Assembly (NCBI RefSeq): GCF_964213995.1
Contig: NW_027590135.1
Span: 248,001 to 312,000, forward strand
Direction: 5' to 3'
Origin: Mustelus asterias
Lineage: Eukaryota
DNA length: 64,000 nucleotides
The position numbers were made by a program, and so were the translations under genes. This document shows positions 49,762 to 63,262 of this stretch, one piece after another. Position 1 is the first letter of the stretch. Every line of letters starts with the position of its first letter. The notes beneath the pieces are model-generated. The model ran no database searches, had not been told where the DNA came from, and saw only the letters and a list, made by a program, of their open reading frames with translations.

Positions 49762-52700
49762 CAATTTGATTTACTGTTGTCACATGTATTGGCATACTGT
49801 GAAAAGTATTTTTTCTTGTGCGCTATACAAGCAAAGCATACCATTCATAGAGTACATGGGGAGAAAGAAATGACAGAGTGCAGAATGTAGTGTTACATTC
49901 ATAACTAGTCTGCAGCGAAAGATCAATATAAGGCAGGTCCATTCAAAAGTCTGATGGCAGCAGGGAAGATGCGGTTCTTGAGTTGGTTGGTACATGATCT
50001 CAGACGTTTGTATCTTTTTCCTGTTGGAAGAAGGTGGAAGAGAGTATGTCCGGGGTGCGTGGGGGTCTTTGATGATGCTGACTGCTTTTCTGATGTGATG
50101 GGAAGTGCAGACGGAGTCAATGGATGGGAGGGTGGTTTGTGTGATGGACTGCGCTACTATAAGAACTGTTCATAGTTTAACGCGGTCTTGGTAAGAGCAG
50201 GAGCCATACCAAGCTGTGATACATCTGGAAAGGGTATTTTCTATGGTGCATCTGTAAAACTTGGTGAGAGTCATAGCGGAAATGCTGAATTTGCTTAGCC
50301 TCCTGAGAAATTAGAGGTCTTACTTAACTATAGTGTCAGGGTGGAAGGACCAGGACAAGTTATTGGTGATCTCGACACCCAGAAACCTGAAGCTCTCAAC
50401 AATTTCCATTTCATCCCCATTGATGTAGACAGGGGCATGTCCTCCACTCTGCTTCCTGAAGTTAATGACAATCCCCTTTGTCTGTTGACATTGAGGGAGA
50501 GATTATTGCCGTCACACTAATTTACCAGATTCTCTGTCTCATTCCTGTAGTCCGTCTCATCATTGTCTGAGCTCCGATCCACTATGGTGGTATCAGCAAA
50601 CTTGAAAATAGATTTGAAGCGGAATTTGGCCACACAGTCATAAGGGGAGAAGGAGCATCGTAAGGGGTTGAGGATACAGCCTTGTGGGGCACTGGTGTTG
50701 AGGATAATCGTGGAGGAGGTGTCGTTGCTTATCTTTACTAATTGCGGTCTGTGGGTTAGGAAGTCTAGGATCCAGTCACAGAGGGAGGAGCCAAACCCGA
50801 GCCATGGAGTTTGAAGATGGGTTTTGTGGGAATAATGGTGTTGAAGGCTGAGCTGTAGTCAATAAATGGGAATCTGACATGAGTCTTTATTATCCAGGTG
50901 TTCCAGGGTTGAGTGTACGGTCAGGAAGATGGCATCGACAGTGGACCTGTTGCGGCAGTAGGTGAACTGTAGTGGATTCAGGCAATCTGGGAGGCTGGAG
51001 TTGATCCGTGCCATGACTAATCTTTCGAAGCACTTCATAATGATGGATGTCAGAGCTACCAGGCAATAGTCATGAAGGCACGATGCCTGGCTTTTCTTTG
51101 GTACAGGGATGATGTCATCTTCTTGAAGCAGAGAGGGACCTCAGATTGGTGGAAGGAGAGGTTAAAGATGTCTGCGAATACCCCTGCCAGCTGGTCCACG
51201 CAGGATCCGAGTGCCTGTCCCCGTACCCCATCCAGGCCAGTCGCTTTCCGTGGGTTGACTTTCAAGAAGGCTGATCTGAAGTCTGTGATGGTGACCTCGG
51301 ATACAGGTTCGGCCAAGGCTTTCAGAGTGGAGGGCATCCTCGCTCTTCCTCAAAACAGACATAGAATGCATTGAGCTCATCAGGGAGAGGGGCATTGTCG
51401 CTGGCAATTCTCCATCCTTCATCTGGTAGCCTGTTATGTCTTTCAGACCTTACTATAAACGGTGGGAGTCCATGTGGCGAGCCGAGGACTCTAGCTTGGT
51501 CCGGTACTGGCACTTGGCATCTTTGATGGTTCCCTGTAAATCACATCTGGATTTCTTTACAGTTCAGGGTCCCCTGACTGGAACCCCTCGGACCTGGACT
51601 TCAGGAAGCAGTGGATATCCCTGTTCATCCATGCTTTCCGGTTGGGAAAAACATGGATTTGCTTCATTGGCTCAGTCTTCTCTGCAATTACTAATGAAGT
51701 CAGTTACTGTAGTGACGTACTCATTCAGGGTGCTTGCAGAGTTTTTAAATATTGACCAGTGCATTGACTCGAAGCAGTCACGTAGGAGATCACCGATTCC
51801 TCAGACCAACAATGCGTGACTTTCTTTAATCGGATTCTCCTGCTTCAGTTTTTTGCTTGTAAGCTGGGAGCAGGAGCACAGCCTTGTGATCTGATTTGCC
51901 AAAGTTTGGGCGGGTGATAGAACGATAGGCATGTTTGATTTTTGTGTAACAGTGGTCGAGGATGTTTGGGCCTCTGGTGGGACAGGTGACATGTTGGTAG
52001 TACCTTGGTAGGACACTCTTGAGATTGGCCTGGTTGAAGTCCCCGGCCTCGATGAACAAGGCCTCGGGATATTTTGTCTCAAGGCTGTTTGTGGTGGTAG
52101 ATATTTCATCCAGCGCGACCTTCATGTCTGCCTGGGGTGGAATGTAAACTGCTGTCAGGATAACAGAGGTGAACTCCCGTGGAAGGTTGTCGGGGCAGCA
52201 TTTCAGCGTCAGGTATTCTAGGTCCGAGGAGCAGAAACTCGCCAGTGTTGTGACACCGGAGCACCAAGAGTTGTTGATTAGAAGGCAGACGCCACCTGCG
52301 CAAGCCTTATCTGAGGCCGCTGTACGGTCCATTCGGTGGACGGAGAAGCCCTGAGGTTGTAGGGCACTGTCCGGTGAAGCAGGTGTGGTCTGTGTCTCCG
52401 TGAAACAGAGCACACAGCAGTCTCTCAGTTCCCTTTGAAAAGTGAGTCTGGTTTTAAGTTCATCTAGATTGTGTTCCAGAGATTGAACATTTGCCAGGAG
52501 TAAGCTGGGGAGGGGGGCCTTGGAACCACATTGTTTCAGTCTCACCTGCAAGCCTGCGCGTTTCCCACGCTTCCTGGGGTGGCTGCTTCCTGTCGAGCCT
52601 GTGAGACGGTGTTTAGTCTGTGGGATCAAGGGTGTAGCTGTATCCTGTTTCCGCTTTGGTTGGTGTGTGGGTGGAGGATTTGTTGCCATGGTCACGGTTC

Positions 52701-52920
52701 CTGCGTCGGCAGTCGGGTCTGAGCGGTTGGGAGTTCTGGGTCGCTGTCGGGCTGCGGTTTGAGTTTGGAGGGTGTTCACACCACACTCCGGGCGTGGACG
52801 GGTTGAAGGCCGGTTAGTGGATGGGGTCTTTGGGGTCACGGCTGGGTCCACGTGTTCGGATTCTCCGGGTCACTGCCAGGTCGGGGTCTTCCTTCCGAGG
52901 TCAGAGGATCTCTGGTCTTG
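49762..52920 (-). mobile_element. Rex1/Babar-type LINE (APE and RT), disrupted
   Basis: LLLANVQSL, CFTET, AVYIPP, GDFNQANL, TRGPNILDHCY and SDH in ORF 51826-52851; KVNPRKATGLDG..LAGVFADIFNLS; AAATC-type tail. Confidence 0.88.
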
Positions 52921-53369
52921 CAAATAAATTTAAAAGAGCAGTTTTAGTAATTTATAAATCTCACTACATAATCATAATGAACAGCCACAAAGGAACCCCA
53001 GTGATACAAACATTGTCAATGTGTGACTGCAGTCCTCAGTGTCTGTGTACGAGATGCATGATCAGTGGCGGTAGGCGCTACAACAATTCAATGACATTCA
53101 GATAGAACTGAAACCCTGCACTGCTCCATGAATGGGATAACCGGATGGAGCAGGGACATTTGTAATGTTCATGTTTCCATTCATTGCTCCCGTGTGATTA
53201 ACCAGATCGTAATCAAAACCAAACAGTCTCTGTTTAAAATGTGTCCATCCTCCTTCTCACCTGGTGCCTGCAAGAGCTGCTCTTTGTCTAACTCCCCACA
53301 TCCTGACTGTCTGCCTCTGCTTCCAATCTTCACTGTCCAATCACAGCAAACCAGGGGAGACTGGAACTA

Positions 53370-53955
53370 GAGTCATTACCGTATGGAAGGAGGCCATTCG
53401 CCACATCCAGTCCATGCTGGTTCTCCGTGGAGCAATCCAGTCAGTCCCATTCTCCTGCTCTATCCCCATAGCCGACAAGTTTATTTCCCTCAAATGTCCA
53501 TCCAAATTCCTCTGTGAAATAATTCATCATCTCGGCTTCCAACCTCAGAGACAGCAACTTCCAGGTTGTCACTCGCTGCATGAGAAGTTCTCCTTTCTGT
53601 CTCTTCCAAAACCTTCAACTTGTGCCCCCTGCTCCTTATACTATCAGTGAATGGAATCAGCTTTTCTTTGTCTACCTGAACCACACCAGCCATAATCCTG
53701 TCCACCTCGATCAGATCTCTCTCTCAATCTGCTTTGCTCCAAAAAGATCAACCCCAGCTTCTGCAACCTAACTTTGTGGCTAAAACCCCTCATTGCTGAA
53801 ACCATTCTGGTCAATCTCCTCTGCACCCGCTGAACCACCGTCACATGTTTCCTCAAGTGTGCTGAGCAGAACTGGACTCAATGCTTCAGCTGTGATCCAA
53901 TCAGAGTTTTCTAAAGGCTCAGCATAACTTGCATGGTTCTGTACTCAATGCCTGT
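53370..53955 (-). mobile_element. Old CR1 3' remnant
   Basis: VQRVQRRLTRMV..LEQSRLR motif. Confidence 0.7.
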
Positions 53956-54071
53956 GTCCTCATGGAGAGGGTCACTCATGTGGACGAGGAGGGTTTGAAC
54001 TAAACTGGCAGGGGGATGGGCACCATTATATAGAAGTGGAAAAGAGGAATATCTGGAGAAAGAAAAAGAAA

Positions 54072-56494
54072 ATCACCGGCTCCAACGCACGCCTCCCTGA
54101 TGAGCTCAATGCATTCTGTGCCCGCTCTGAGCAAGAGGTCAGCGAGAGCACGCCCTCCACCCTGGAAGCCTGAGATGAATCTGTATCTGAGGTCACCATT
54201 GCAAATGTCAGAGCAGCTTTCTCAGAGGTCAACCCAAGGAAAGTGACTGCCTCGGATGGGGTACCCGGACGAGCACTCAGATCCTGCATGGATCAGCTGG
54301 CAGGGGCATTCGCAGACATCTTCAACCTCTTTTTACAACAATCTCAGGTCCCTACCTGCTTCAAGACGACGAGGATCATCCCAGTACCAAAGAAAAGCTC
54401 AGCAGCGTGACTCAATGACCATTATCCAGTGGCTCAGACATCCATCATTAGGAAGCGCATCGAAAGATTAGACATGGCACAAATCAATTCCAGCCTCCCA
54501 GACTATCTGGATCCACTACAGTTCGCCTACCAGCGCAACAGGACACAGCAGGCGCCATCTCCCTGCCCCTGCACTCAGCCCTGGAACACCTAGATAACAA
54601 AGACACTTACAGCAGACTTCTATTTATTGACTACAGCTCAGCCTTCAACACCATTATTCCTACAAAACTCATCTCCAAGCCCCGTGGCCTGGACCTCGGC
54701 TCCTCTCTCTGCGACTGGATACTGAACTTCCTAACCCACAGATCACAATCAGAAAGAATAAGCAACAACACCTCCTCCACGATCATCCCCAACACTGGTG
54801 CCCCACAAGGCTGCGTTCTCAGCCCCCTACTATACTCCTGATACACCTGTGACTGTGTGGCCAAATTTCCCTCCAATTCGATTTTCAAGTTTGCTGACGA
54901 CACCACCGCAGTGGGCCGGATCGCAAACAATGATGAGAGAGTTCAGGAACGAGATAGAGAATCTGGTGAACTGGTGCGGTGACAATAATCTGTCCCCCAA
55001 TGTCAACAAAATGAAGGAGATTGTCATCTACTTCAGGAAGCATAAGAGAGAACATGCCCCTGTCTACATTAACGGGGACGAAGTGGAAATGGTCAAGAGC
55101 TTCATGTTTTTATGTGTCCAGATCACCAACAACCTGTCCTGGTCCCCCCCATGCCGACACTATAGTCAAGAAAGCCCCAGCAACGCCTCTACTTTCTCAG
55201 AAGACTAAAGAAATTTAGCACATCAGCTACGACTCTCACCAACTGTGACAGATGCACCATAGAAAGCATTATTTCTGGTTGTATCGCAACTTGGTTTGGC
55301 TCCTGCTCTGCCCAAGACTGCAAGAAACTACAAAATGTCGTGAATGTAGCCCAATCCATCACGCAAACCAGCCTCCCATCCATTGACTCTGTATAGAACA
55401 TAGAACAGTACAGCACAGAACAGGCCCTTCGGCCCACGATGTTGTGCTGAGCTTTATCTGAAACCAAGATCAAGCTATCCCACTCCCTATCATCCTGGTG
55501 TGCTCCATGTGCCTATCCAATAACCGCTTAAATGTTCCCAAAGTGTCTGACTCCACTATCACTGCAGGCAGTCCATTCCACACCCCAACCACTCTCTGCG
55601 TAAAGAACCTACCTCTGATATCCTTCCTGTATCTCCCACCACGAACCCTATAGTTATGCCCCTTTGTAATAGCTCCATCCACCCGAGGAAATAGTCTTTG
55701 AACGTTCACTCTATCTATCCCCTTCATCATTTTATAAACCTCTATTAAGTCTCCCCTCAGCCTCCTCCGCTCCAGAGAGAACAGCCCTAGCTCCCTCAAC
55801 CTTTCCTCATAAGACCTACCCTCCAAACCAGGCAGAATCCTGGTAAATCTCCTCTGCACTCTTTCCAGCGCTTCCACATCCTTCTTATAGTGAGGTGACC
55901 AGAACTGCACACAATATTCCAAATGTGGTCTCACCAAGGTCCTGTACAGTTGCAGCATAACCCCACGGCTCTTAAACTCCAACCCCCTGTTAATAAAAGC
56001 TAACACACTATAGGCCTTCTTCACTGCTCTATCCACTTGAGTGGCAACCTTTAGAGATCTGGGATATGGACCCCAAGATCTCTCTGTTCCTCCACAGTCT
56101 TCAGAACCCTACCTTTGACCCTGTAATCCACATTTAAATTAGTCCTATCAAAATGAATCACCTCACATTTATACACTTCCTGCTGCCAGCCAGCAGATTT
56201 CAGGACCCCACTCACCCCGGACATTATCTCTTCCACCTTCTTCCATTGGGAAAAAGATAGAAAAGTCTGAGGTCACGGACCAACTGACTCAAGAACAGTT
56301 TCTTCCCTGCTGCTGCCAGACTTTTGAATGGACCTACCTTGCATTAAGTTGATCTTTCTCTACACCCTAGCTATGACTACATTCTGCACTCTCTCCTTTC
56401 CTTCTCTATGAAAGGTATGCTTTGTCTATATAGTGCGCAAGAAACAGTCATTTTCACTGTATACTCATACACGTGAAAATAATAAATCAAATCA
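54072..56494 (+). mobile_element. Second Rex1/Babar-type LINE (RT half), interrupted by a CR1
   Basis: Encodes [32 protein letters not shown] and KFADDTT; ends AATAAATCAAATC. Confidence 0.88.
55395..56170 (-). mobile_element. Truncated CR1 nested in Rex1
   Basis: ORF 55470-56036 and a (TTCTATG)n tail; the host sequence resumes at TACACTTCCTGC. Confidence 0.9.
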
Positions 56495-56579
56495 TATAAG
56501 GTAGGAGTATATGAAGAAGGAATCTCAGTGGAATACAAGGATAGGTTTGGAAAGCATGTGTGTAATCACACAAAGTGTC

Positions 56580-57485
56580 ATCGAGTCAGAGGTTTACAGC
56601 ATGGAAACAGGCCCTTTGGCCCAACTGGCCCATGCCACCCCGTTTTTTAACCCCTAATCTAGTCCCAATTGCCTGCATTTGGCCCATATCCCTCTATACC
56701 CATCTTACCCATGTAACTGTCTAAACACTTCTTAACAGACAAAATTGAACCCACCTCTACTACTACTTCTGGCAGCTTGTTCCAGACACTTACCACCCTC
56801 TGGGTGAAAAAATTGCCCCTCTGTACCCTTTTATATCTCTCCCCTCTCACCTTAAACCTCTGCCCTCTCGTTTTAGACTCCCCTACATTTGGGAAAAGAT
56901 ATCGACTATCTAGCTGCTCTTTGCCCCGCATTATTTTATAACACTCTATAACATCACCCCTCCGCCTCGTACGCTTCAGAGAAAAAAGTCCCAGTCTATC
57001 CAGCCTCTCCTTATAACTCAAACCATCAAGTCCCGGTAGCATCCTGTAAATCTTTTCTGCACTCTTTCTTATTTAATAATATCCTTTCTATAATGTGACC
57101 AGAACTGTACACAGTATTCCAAGTGTGGCCTGATCAATGTCTTGTACAACTTCAACAAGACGTCCCAACTCCTGTATTCAATATTCTGACCAATGAAACG
57201 AAGCATGCTGAATGTCTTCTTCACCATTCTGTCCACCTGTGTCTTCACTTTCAAGGAGCTATGAACCTGTACCCCGAGATCTCTTTGTTCTATAACTCTC
57301 CCCAACGACCTACTATTAACAGAGTAAATCCTGCCCTGGTTCGATCTACCAAAATGCATCACCTTGCATTTGTCTAAATTAAACTCCATCTGCCATTCGT
57401 CAGCCCACTGGCCCAATTGATCACAATCCTGTTGCAATCCTAGATAACCTTCTTCACTGTCCACTATGCCAGCAATCTTGGTGAC
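56580..57485 (-). mobile_element. CR1 3' fragment
   Basis: ORFs 57069-57464 and 56659-57042. Confidence 0.9.
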
Positions 57486-58074
57486 ATAGTAGACAGTGTG
57501 GTGAATAAGGTTGGTGAGTTAGAAGCACAAATAGCCACACAGGAACACAAGAGAGTGTCAATGTTGAAAATGCGGTCTGGGAATGGAGAGAACCGGGCGA
57601 TTACTATTCAATACAATGTGAACAGAATAGAGAGAAGGGTAAAAGGTAGGTGTGGTGAGAAGGAAATAGAGCAGCAAATCTATCGGCAGATCATTCATTG
57701 TAGATACAGAATTAATTCCATTCTCACACAGACTGACAGGAAGGTTGACCACATGATCCAAGTGTCTGGAGGTGGTCACTTGAGTAACAGTGATCATTGT
57801 GTCACAAGCTTGATATTAGCAAGGAACAATCTAAAGGAGCACTTCTGAATGGGAAGAGGACTAACCTCAATGGGAGGAGCTGGAATTGAGCCAGAGTAAA
57901 CTGGAGCCAAAATCTGACAGGAAAAACTGTAACAGAACAATGGGTGATCTTTCAGGAGATGTTTCAGGTACAGACTCGGTACATTCCAATCAGGGTGAAA
58001 GGGAGGGGAACCAAAGCCAGGGCTCCTTGGAGGATGAGGAAGATAGAAAGTATAATGAAACAATGAAGAGGCCA

Positions 58075-59320
58075 TTTGATTGAGTTTTTTGAAGGGGTAA
58101 CCACGAAGGTAGATGAGGGCAGTGCAGTTGATGTTGTCTACATGGACTTTCGCAAGGCCTTTGACAAGGTACCGCATGGTAGGTTGTTGCATAAGGTTAA
58201 ATCTCACAGGATCCAGGGTGAGGTATCTAATTGGATACAAAATTGACTTCTTGACAGAAGCCAGACAGTGGTTGTAGAGAGTTGTTTTTCAAACTGGAGG
58301 CCTGTGACCAGGGATGTGCCTCAGGGATCTGTGCTGGGTCCACTGTTATTTGTCATTTATATTAATGATTTGATGAGAATATATGAGGAATGGTTAGTAA
58401 GTTTGCAGATGACACTACGATTGGTGGCAGAGTGGACAGTGAAGAAAGTTATCTCCAGTTGCAAGGGGATCTTGATCAATTGGGCCAGTGGGCTGATGAA
58501 TGGCAGATGGAGTTTAATTTACACAAATGTGAGGTGATGCATTTTGGTAGATTGAACCAGGGCAGGACTGACTCAGTTAATAGTAGGGCATTGGGGAAAG
58601 TTACAGAACAAAGAGATTTAGGGGTACATGTTCATAGCTCCTTGAAAGTGGAGTCACAGGTGGACAGAGTGGTGAAGAAGGCATTCGGCATGCTTGGTTT
58701 CATTGGTCAGAACACTGAATACAGGACTTGGAATGTCTTGTTGAAGTTGTACAAAACATTGGTAAGGCCACACTTGGAATACTGTGTGCAATTCTGGTCA
58801 CCCTATTATAGGAAGGATATTATTAAACTCGAAAGAGAGCAAAAAATATTTACTAGGATGCTACCAGGACTTGATGGATTGAGTTATAAGGAGAGGCTGG
58901 ATAGACTGGGACTTTTTCCTCTGGAGCGTAGGAGGTGATCTTATAGAGGTCTATAAAATAATGAGGGGCCCGGATCAGCTAGATAGTCTATATCTTTTCC
59001 CAAAGGTAGGGGAGTCTAAAACTAGAGGGCATATATTTAAGGTGAGAGTGGAGAGATACAAAAGTGTCCAGAGGGGCAATTTTTTCACACAGAGGGTGGT
59101 GAGTGTCTGGAACAAGCTGCCAGAGGTAGTAGTAGAGGCGGGTACAATTTTGTCTTTTAAAAAGCATTTAGATAGTTACATGGGTACAATGGGTATAGAG
59201 GGATATGGGCCAAATGCGAGCAATTGGCATTACCTTGAGTTTTTTTTTAAAAATGGGCGGCATGGACAAGTTTGGCCGAAGGGCCTGTTTCCATGTTGTA
59301 AACCTCTATGACTCTATGCA
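58075..59320 (+). mobile_element. CR1 RT and 3' UTR fragment (preceded by an older APE remnant at 57500-58075)
   Basis: [30 protein letters not shown] and WNKLP motifs; CTATGACTCTATG tail. Confidence 0.9.
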
Positions 59321-59545
59321 TGTCAGAAGAATTCTTCAAGTGAGAACCATTAGAGTGTGGAATTCACACTCTATCTGTCCATCTCTGTTACTGTATGAGA
59401 ATGTGGAGTTAACTCATTCCCGCTATCTGTCAATCTGTACATGAGAGCACGATTCACTCTGTCAGTCTCTGTTACTGTATTTCAGGGAAGAACTACAGTG
59501 AGTTTCTTCCTGTCAGTTTATTTGAGGATGGATTAATTCTCTGAT

Positions 59546-60467
59546 TGTTAATGCCCCATTCACATATAGTAATAGAGAATAACAGATAGAGAATTAATTC
59601 TATATTCACAGACGCTAACAAGGATGGACAGAAAGGTAATGGCTAAATTCAACACAGTCCCAGATGATCATAGGCTGCTCTCTCCTTTCATGAATATCCT
59701 CAGCTGGTACCGGAATATGAACCCACGCGGTTGGGGTTGCTCTGCATCACGGTCCCGCTGTCCAGCCAACTGAGCAAATCAACCCCCAGGGTAGGACAGA
59801 GAACAAAGAACAAAGAAAATTACAGCACAGAAACAGGCACTTCGGCCCTCCAAGTCTGCACCGACCATGCTGCCCGATTTAACTAAAACCCCCTACGCTT
59901 CTGGGTACCATATCCCTCTATTCCCATCTCATAAATTATTAATATTATTATTAATAATTATTAATAATATGATTAATAATAAGCCTGTATTAGTGCAAGT
60001 GAGTGTGGCATTAAATTGATTCGCCAGTCTCTGTTCCTGTGTTTCAGTTTGCAATTACCTCTCATGGGGCATCTTGACAAGTACATGAATGAGATGGGAA
60101 TAGAGGGATATGGTCCCCGGAAGCGTAGGGGGTTTTAGTTAAATTGGGCAGCATGGTCGGTGCAGGCTTGGAGGGCGAAGGGCCTGTTCCTGTGCTGTAA
60201 TTTTCTTTGTTCTCTGTCCTACCCTGGGGGTTGATTTGCTCAGTTGGCTGGACAGCGGGACCGTGATGCAGAGCAACCCCAACAGCGTGGGTTCATATTC
60301 CTGTACCAGCTGAGGATATTCATGAAAGGAGAGAGCAGCCGATGATCATCTGGGACTGTGCTGAATTTAGCCATTACCTTTCTGTCCATCTTTGTTAGCG
60401 TATGTGAATATAGAATTAATTCTCTATCTGTTATTCTCTATTACTGTATGTGAATGGGGCATTAACA
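59546..60467. repeat. Long inverted duplication (arms 59546-59932 and 60089-60467); each arm holds a CR1 tail and a tRNA-derived SINE
   Basis: The arms are near-identical reverse complements. The spacer of about 156 bp starts with AT-rich filler. Confidence 0.95.
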
Positions 60468-60679
60468 CTGTTCATCTCTGATTTGGACATGAAGCTGGAA
60501 TTAACTCTTCTCCATTCTTTATCCTTTACTGCAGTGTGGCATTAACACTCTGTCACACTATTACTGTGTGTAGATGTGGAATTGACTCAATCAATTGATA
60601 ATAATGTCTGTGTCAGTGTCTGTTAGTGTATGGAAGTGGGTCACTGTCAGCTTAGCAAACTGTAGCGAGTGGAGGCTGA

Positions 60680-61110
60680 TTCCTGAGATGAAGGAGTTCC
60701 CTTATGAGGAAAAATTAAACAAGTCTGGCCAATTTTCAGTGGAGAAGAATGAGCAAGGATCGTACTAAAACATATAAGATTCTCAAGGGCTTGACAGTGT
60801 AGATGCTGACTGGGATGTTGCAATGTGTAGGGGGAAACTGGAACTAGAGGCACCGTTTAAAGATCAAGCATCTCCAATTTAAGATGGAGATTAGGAGGAA
60901 TTACTTATTTTAAGGGAACCTTAATTTTTGTTATTGAATAGATTCAATCTTGAGTTAGACAGATTTTTGAGCTACAAGAGAATCAAGGGTTATGGGGACA
61001 GGTACTGAAGTGGAGTTGAGGCCACAATCAGATCAGCCATGATCTTACTGAATGGCAGAACAGGCCTGATGGGCTGAATGGCCTTCTCCTGCTCCTTTTT
61101 CTTATGTTCT
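60680..61110 (+). mobile_element. Old CR1 3' remnant
   Basis: Ends GATCAGCCATGATCTTACTGAATGGCAG..TTCTTATGTTCT. Confidence 0.7.
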
Positions 61111-61674
61111 GGTAGTGTGTGTGTGGGACTAACTCCTTTTCTCAGTCTCTGTTACAGTTTTCAGTGTGGAATTAACTCAGTCTGATCCTGCATTTCAATG
61201 TGGAATTGATTCTCTGTCCAACACTTATTGTATGTGAGTGTGCAATGTTTCTTTAACTGTACAAGACACAGTTAATGATCTTTGATCAGAAGTGTTTTGA
61301 CCCTACTGCTCTCAAATTTACTCAGAATTAAACCCATCACTTTCTCCTGCTTCTACAGACCAAAGTCACCCAAACAAAAACATACCTTCACAGAAACTGA
61401 GGGGCCGAATTCCAAAACCAACATCCAGCTTGATTCAAAATCGCTCTTAATTTGTCTATTTCAGGCCTCAGTTTTCTGAGCAACAGCTGCAATAATTCAC
61501 AGGTGAAATCATGTGGACGCTGGACATCTGAAACAAGGTGAAAATTCTGGAATACACAACAGGTCAGGCAGCATCTGTGAAGAGAGAAACAGAGTTCATG
61601 TTTCAGCTCACTGACAATCAGCCTACAATAAACTACTTGCTGATATCTGCTCGTGGCGGTCACAGTTCCCACAT

Positions 61675-62032
61675 GAGGAGGTAATGGTGTAGTGGTATTG
61701 TCACTGGATGAGTGACCCAGAGGTCCAGTGCAATTCAATGGGAACTGATTATCACCTCAGCACAGTGTGCAATTTGAGCTCAATTAAAATCTGGAATTAA
61801 AGGTCTAATGATGGCCATGTTGTAAAAACCCATTTGGTTCACTGATACCCCTTTAGGAAAGGAAATCCACCCACATGACCTGTTCTGGCCGACCTGTGAC
61901 TCCAGACCCACAGTATGTTTTTGACTCTTTAATGCCCTCTGAAATGGCCTAACAAACCACTCAGTTCAAGGGAAATTAGTGCAATAAATGCTGGCCAAGC
62001 CAGTGATGAACACATCACATGAATGAAAACAA
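61675..62032 (+). mobile_element. tRNA-derived SINE with the GCAATAAATGCTGGCC tail
   Basis: A-box-like TGGTGTAGTGG, body AAAACCCATTTGGTTCACTG..GTGACTCCAGACCCACAG, and a tail shared with 2795-3113. Confidence 0.65.
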
Positions 62033-62139
62033 TTCTCTGCACCCAGAAAGCGCTCTATCCAACACACTGACTTGCCCAGGCACTGAGAGTGGGCATGCTC
62101 CCCAGGGGCACCCGCGGGGCAATCGGTGCTGGAACTTTC

Positions 62140-62410
62140 CCCACTGCCACTTGTCTCCCATTCCACCAAGCTGCCTGTGTCCTTTTGAAGTTTCCCACTT
62201 TCCTCCTCACAGTTGCCAATGCCTCCAAGTTTGGTGGCGTGTGGAAATGTTGAGCTTGTGTCCTGTACACCAAGGTGTGTGTCATTAATATATATCAGGA
62301 AGAGCAGGGCTCCTAACACCGAGCCCTGGGGAACTCCACTGGAAACCTTCCTCCAGTCTGAGAAACAACCATTAACCACTGCTCTCGGTTTCCTCTCACT
62401 CACACTGTTC
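62140..62410 (-). mobile_element. CR1 RT fragment
   Basis: [31 protein letters not shown]. Confidence 0.8.
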
Positions 62411-62414
62411 CATA

Positions 62415-62680
62415 TGGGGCGGTGAGGATGGCCTCGCTGCACCATCCGCTTCATGATGCCGCTCCCCCGGCTCCCTCGCCGCACGTCCGCCGGACCCGGG
62501 CGCCTCTGCTCCGACCTCCGGCTCGGTATTACTGCGTCCACGCGCGACCCCGCTGAACTTCCGGGAACCGCACCGCGCATGCTCCGCGCAGACAGACGGT
62601 TTCCGTGGACGCGGCCGAACGGCAGCTGCGCCGTGCGGACCATTCTGAATGAGATAGACCGTATTCACCCGCGCGCTGCA
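62415..62680. promoter_or_regulatory. CpG-island-like promoter or first exon
   Basis: Very high CpG content, ETS-like ACTTCCGG, NRF1-like GCGCATGC, and GGCATCATGA (ATG in good context) on the minus strand. Confidence 0.5.
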
Positions 62681-62690
62681 TCCTGGGTTA

Positions 62691-62872
62691 ATTATGATGT
62701 GGAATGCCGGCGTTGGACTGGGGTAAATACAGTAAGAGTTTTAACAACACCAGGTTAAAGTCCAACAGGTTTATTTGGTCACAAATGCCATTAGCTTTCG
62801 GAGCGCTGAAAGCTAATGGTATTTGCTGCCAAATAAACCTGTTGGACTCTAACCTGGTGTTATTAAAACTCT
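62691..62872 (-). mobile_element. Penelope-like pLTR fragment with fold-back
   Basis: Reverse-complement pLTR tail plus an inverted arm; TSD TCCTGGGTTA (62681-62690 and 62873-62882). Confidence 0.82.
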
Positions 62873-62889
62873 TCCTGGGTTAGTTACAC

Positions 62890-63262
62890 TGATAGCCAAG
62901 TTCCGCACACATGAGAACGGCCTAAACCGGGATGTTGGATTTATGTCATATCATCAGTAACCCCCACAGCTTGCCCCTGGTCTTGCATAATCTCACCAGC
63001 TGTTCTGTCTGGAGACAATACACATCTCATTAACCTGTGTTTAATGTTCCCTCCAACCACATTATCTGTACCTTTTAAGACCTGGCTGGCTGTAGAGATT
63101 TGCATTCTAATTAGTATTCTGTAACTTGATTTCTGTGTCTGTGCACTGTTGGAGAACAGAGACCACTCCATCTGACGAAGGAGCAGCAAGCTCTGAAAGC
63201 TTATGGTATTTGCTACCAAATAAACCTGTTGGACTTTAACCTGGTGTTGTGAGACTTCTTAC
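62890..63262 (+). mobile_element. Penelope-like element 3' end (ORF C-terminus and pLTR with hammerhead core)
   Basis: LIAKFRTHENGLNRDVGFMSYHQ* resembles a GIY-YIG C-terminal GLN motif. CCAT-CTGACGA-AGGAGC-AGCAA-GCTCT-GAAA-GCTT-ATGG at about 63168-63206. TSD TTAGTTACAC (62880-62889 and 63263-63272). Confidence 0.82.
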
